From positions 49,218,428 to 49,282,427 of the forward strand of contig NC_068987.1 in NCBI RefSeq assembly GCF_001194135.2: a stretch of 64,000 nucleotides of DNA. The letters are read 5' to 3'. Of this stretch, positions 60,541 through 64,000 are shown piece by piece. Each line of letters opens with the position of its first letter. Within the stretch, counting starts at the first letter, position 1. The notes beneath the pieces were generated by a model, which saw only the letters and a list, made by a program, of their open reading frames with translations, was not told where the DNA came from and did no database searches. The stretch is from Octopus bimaculoides. Its lineage: Eukaryota. The translations under genes and the position numbers were made by a program.

Positions 60541-62437
60541 ATAAACATATATTTGTTGTATGTATATGTTTCTACACATATGCATACACATCCACATCAT
60601 ATATATATACACACACACACATATATATATATGCACACCTACAATGTATTTATATTTCTCGTGAGAAGCAACAGGATTCTCTAAACAGTAAATGTTTGTC
60701 TGGTAGCCTGGTCTAGACAATCTATAAATAGTTGAATGTTTTAAAACTTTCAACAACTTTCATCAAGTTATCTAATTCTCAAATCAAGATACCAACTCTC
60801 TAATAAACATTCTAACTCAAACTTCCTTATATCTAGAAGAGAGAGAGGACATATTTTAGTTCTGACACTATTTCCATAGCAATGAGAGCTGAGTTTTCCA
60901 TAACCCATTGAGTCATTGTGGAACCATTTTGAGAATTACTGTATTTTGTGGTATGGAGATGCATATTTTGTAAAAGAAAATATAGATACAACACTGACTT
61001 TCCAGACACTGATGGTCTGGAACTTCTTATAATTCACACTAATTTACAAGCAAGAACTTCCGATTCCAGCAGCTGCCAGTCTAGTTTACTGGGTGTCCTT
61101 TGTTTCACAGTACCTTGCACAGTACAGTTTTAATAAACTTGCATCATCTATAATAAACATGAAATTCTGTCCATCTGTCTGTCCAGGACCCTTGTATCTC
61201 AGTCTACATTCATTCTACATAGACATATATATCTTTTTGGAATCAGGATGATCCCAGGATTGAAAATCTACCCTTCATTTGGTTCTTGAACATCCAGCAT
61301 TGGGATCAGGTCTGGATGAGGATTTGTTATACGCTAACAATTGAAGATTCAAATAAAAAAAAAAACTCCCAAAATTTGTGAACTTACAAGTTTTTCATTT
61401 AAACTGAGCTTAAGTAATATCATATTAGTAGGGTAGCAACAAATGCTTTATTATTATTATTCTCTTTAGTTTTGGGCCATAGGCCCAATTAGCCCTCTGC
61501 AGGAGCTAGCTTAAAAGTCTGCACAGAGTGAGGCTTTCAAGTTGGTTTAAACTAATGCACAGGTACCTGTATTTAATTTAATTAAGTAAACATAATATCT
61601 GTTTAATTTGAGGTGAAAAATCAATCGTCCAGAAAAGCTTTGGAACAGAAGGCTTCAGAAAATCAATGTTGTATCTGTACCTTGAAAATTACTGCGTGCA
61701 TTCCAAAATTCTTGTTGAGAAGTTACTGTGGTTTTCCTAAATCATCAGGGTGTTTGGCAGCAGTTTTGTTTAGGCACCAGTAGGTAGATGTGGTATGATC
61801 ACCATTGTGTGTTGTAGGAATAATCTCAGCATAGTTAAAGGAAAGAGTATAGTGTTGTGTACTATGATGATATCTGGCAGCAAATCACCAATTAAATATA
61901 TTTTTGGGCAATAATTTCCTGGTTATGGCATTATAACTGGCCAGAATGTTACCATCAGTTTCATGCCACATATTGCACCCATGCAGTATGACCACTTTTC
62001 CAGCAAGTATAACTGTAAAGTTGTCAATACTGCCCAGATACAATAGTTGGGGTGCAAAGCCAAAGGTAACATTCTGGTCAGTTATATGCCATAACCAATA
62101 ATATACTGCTTGACTACATGCGCACACATATATATAACCCAAATTGAATCTGCTTTTCTTATAACAGATGGACAGCTGATGATTATATACATATATGGAA
62201 CCACAGGCAAGTGTCTTCCATAACATCAAATTGATCAATGCCTTGGCAATGAAACTGGTAAATGGAAACAGCATAGGAGCATATGGGATGGGTGTGAGTG
62301 TGTATGCATGTATGTTTATTTCCATGAGTCTTCAAATGACACCATTTAGGCAACAGTGTAAAGAACACAAAAGTTGGTGGTAGGAAGGTATCATGCCTTA
62401 GAATACTGCCAAGAAGTTTTGTCCAATAACAATAATA

Positions 62438-62476
<39 letters not shown>

Positions 62477-62791
62477 GTTGTATACCATACTAACCATTTA
62501 GACATTTAATTCTACTGGATTTAAAACAATGACTACAATATTGATAAAACATAATAATAATAATAATTATTATTATTATTTCCCATTTTGGTCAACAACT
62601 TATTTCAAGGAGAGGGGAGGGGATGTCAATTTCAGTACTTGACTGGTATGTTATTTTATTGACTTCCAAAGGAAAACTAATACAGTTGACCTCATAGAAT
62701 TTGAACTCAGAATGTACAGAACTGGAAGACATGCTGCTAAGCATTTTGTCCAACATGCTATTGACTCTGCCAGCTCACTTCCTTAATGATG

Positions 62792-62845
<54 letters not shown>

Positions 62846-63094
62846 GTAGTAATCCTTTCTACTAGAGGCACAAGGCCTGAAATTACAGGGGAAGGAGTAA
62901 GTCGATTACATCAAATCTAGTGCTCAACAGGTACTTATTTTATTGATCCTGGAAGAATGAAAGGCAAAGTCAACCTCAGCAGAATTTGAACTTAAAATGT
63001 AAAGAACCAGAGAAAATGTCACAAAGAATTTTGTCTGATGTGCTAATGATTCTGCTAGCTTACTGCCATAATAATAATAACAACAACAACAATA

Positions 63095-63310
63095 GTACAT
63101 GGGACAAATAGGGGCTGCAAGTACATGGAACAAATAGGGGCTGCAATAAGGGTTGAGCACTTGCAGAAAACAGCACTGCTTGGAACCGCTTGAATACGCC
63201 GGATGGTGTTAAAAAAATAAGGGATGTTACCTTAGTTCACTGGTAGTGAACAGCTGACACCATAGTACATCCCCAGCGTTAGAAGCTGTGCAAAGACAAT
63301 AAAATAATAA
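63095..63310 (+). mobile_element. R4-like LINE 3' end
   Basis: KYMEQIGAAIRVEHLQKTALLGTA*IRRMVL then an (AAT)n tail; a ~26-bp duplication GTACATGG-ACAAATAGGGGCTGCAA at the 5' edge. Confidence 0.7.
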
Positions 63311-63628
63311 TTTTTCTGGAAATATGGATAGTTTATCCTGTTCATGCTAAATTATTAGCATTATCCTGTGTTTGAGAATAAAAAATGACTTCCTTATCTG
63401 TATCTTTCAATAATAATAATAGTTTCAAATTTTGGCACAAGGCCAGCAATTTTGGGGAAAGGACTAAGTCAATTAAATCAACCCTANNNNNNNNNNCCAA
63501 AAGGGTGAAAGGCAAAGGTAACCCTGGCGGAATTGGAACCTAGAACGTAAAAACAGATGAAGTTCTGCTAAGTATTTTGCGCAGCTTGCTAACAATTCTG
63601 CCAGCTCGCTGCCCCTAATAAAAACGAT

Positions 63629-63669
<41 letters not shown>

Positions 63670-63673
<4 letters not shown>

Positions 63674-63990
63674 TGTAAGGATGTGGGCAATGAGGAGAGT
63701 AACTGTTAAGAAATATGTTGGAGAAATTGGAATTGACATGAAGGCAAAAAAAAAAAAAACTGCTCTATTGGGGACAGATAGGATTTTGAGATTGGTGCTT
63801 GGGTGTTGAGTGTCTTCCATAATAGTTAACATCTAAGTACCAAAGCTTATAGCTTGCAGAAAGAGACCCTGTGAGACCTTTGACAACAGGTTGCTGTCTG
63901 CTCTCACAGAATCAACCAGAGCAAGTAAGACTGAGAGTTTTAAGAAGTAAAATAATATTAATAATAATAATAATAATAATCTTCTAAGAA
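63670..63990 (+). mobile_element. Second R4-like LINE 3' end
   Basis: RMWAMRRVTV / KKYVGEIGID / KTALLGTDRILRLVLG, then a 3' UTR and (AAT)n. Confidence 0.6.
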
Positions 63991-64000
63991 CTCAATAAAT

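Overview
Eukaryotic, AT-rich, microsatellite-dense scaffold sequence with N gaps. The SINE/MITE/LINE repertoire looks like an Octopus (cephalopod) genome; this is recognition from memory, not a database result. Host genes I can support: (1) the 3' part of an ALP/Zasp-type PDZ-LIM gene on the minus strand (coding exons 54149-54023 and 48307-48211, terminal exon from 46855 to a poly(A) site near 44000); (2) a compact single-exon ORF for a 75-aa single-TM microprotein at 17629-17856 (+), in a repeat-poor, CpG-retaining stretch. The rest is mostly decayed mobile DNA: a Gypsy LTR element lacking RT/RNase H, RTE, CRE-like, R4-like and Penelope-like fragments, mariner/Tc1 remnants, tRNA-derived SINEs and many fold-back MITEs. 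The most striking unexplained signals are two minimal hammerhead-ribozyme motifs of the Penelope/retrozyme type. One sits in the tail of a tRNA-headed SINE that forms a head-to-head palindrome (840-885 and 1095-1140, minus); the other is an A6U variant (34164-34200, plus). The PDZ-LIM gene also has an intron inside its last codon that gives the same protein whether spliced or retained.
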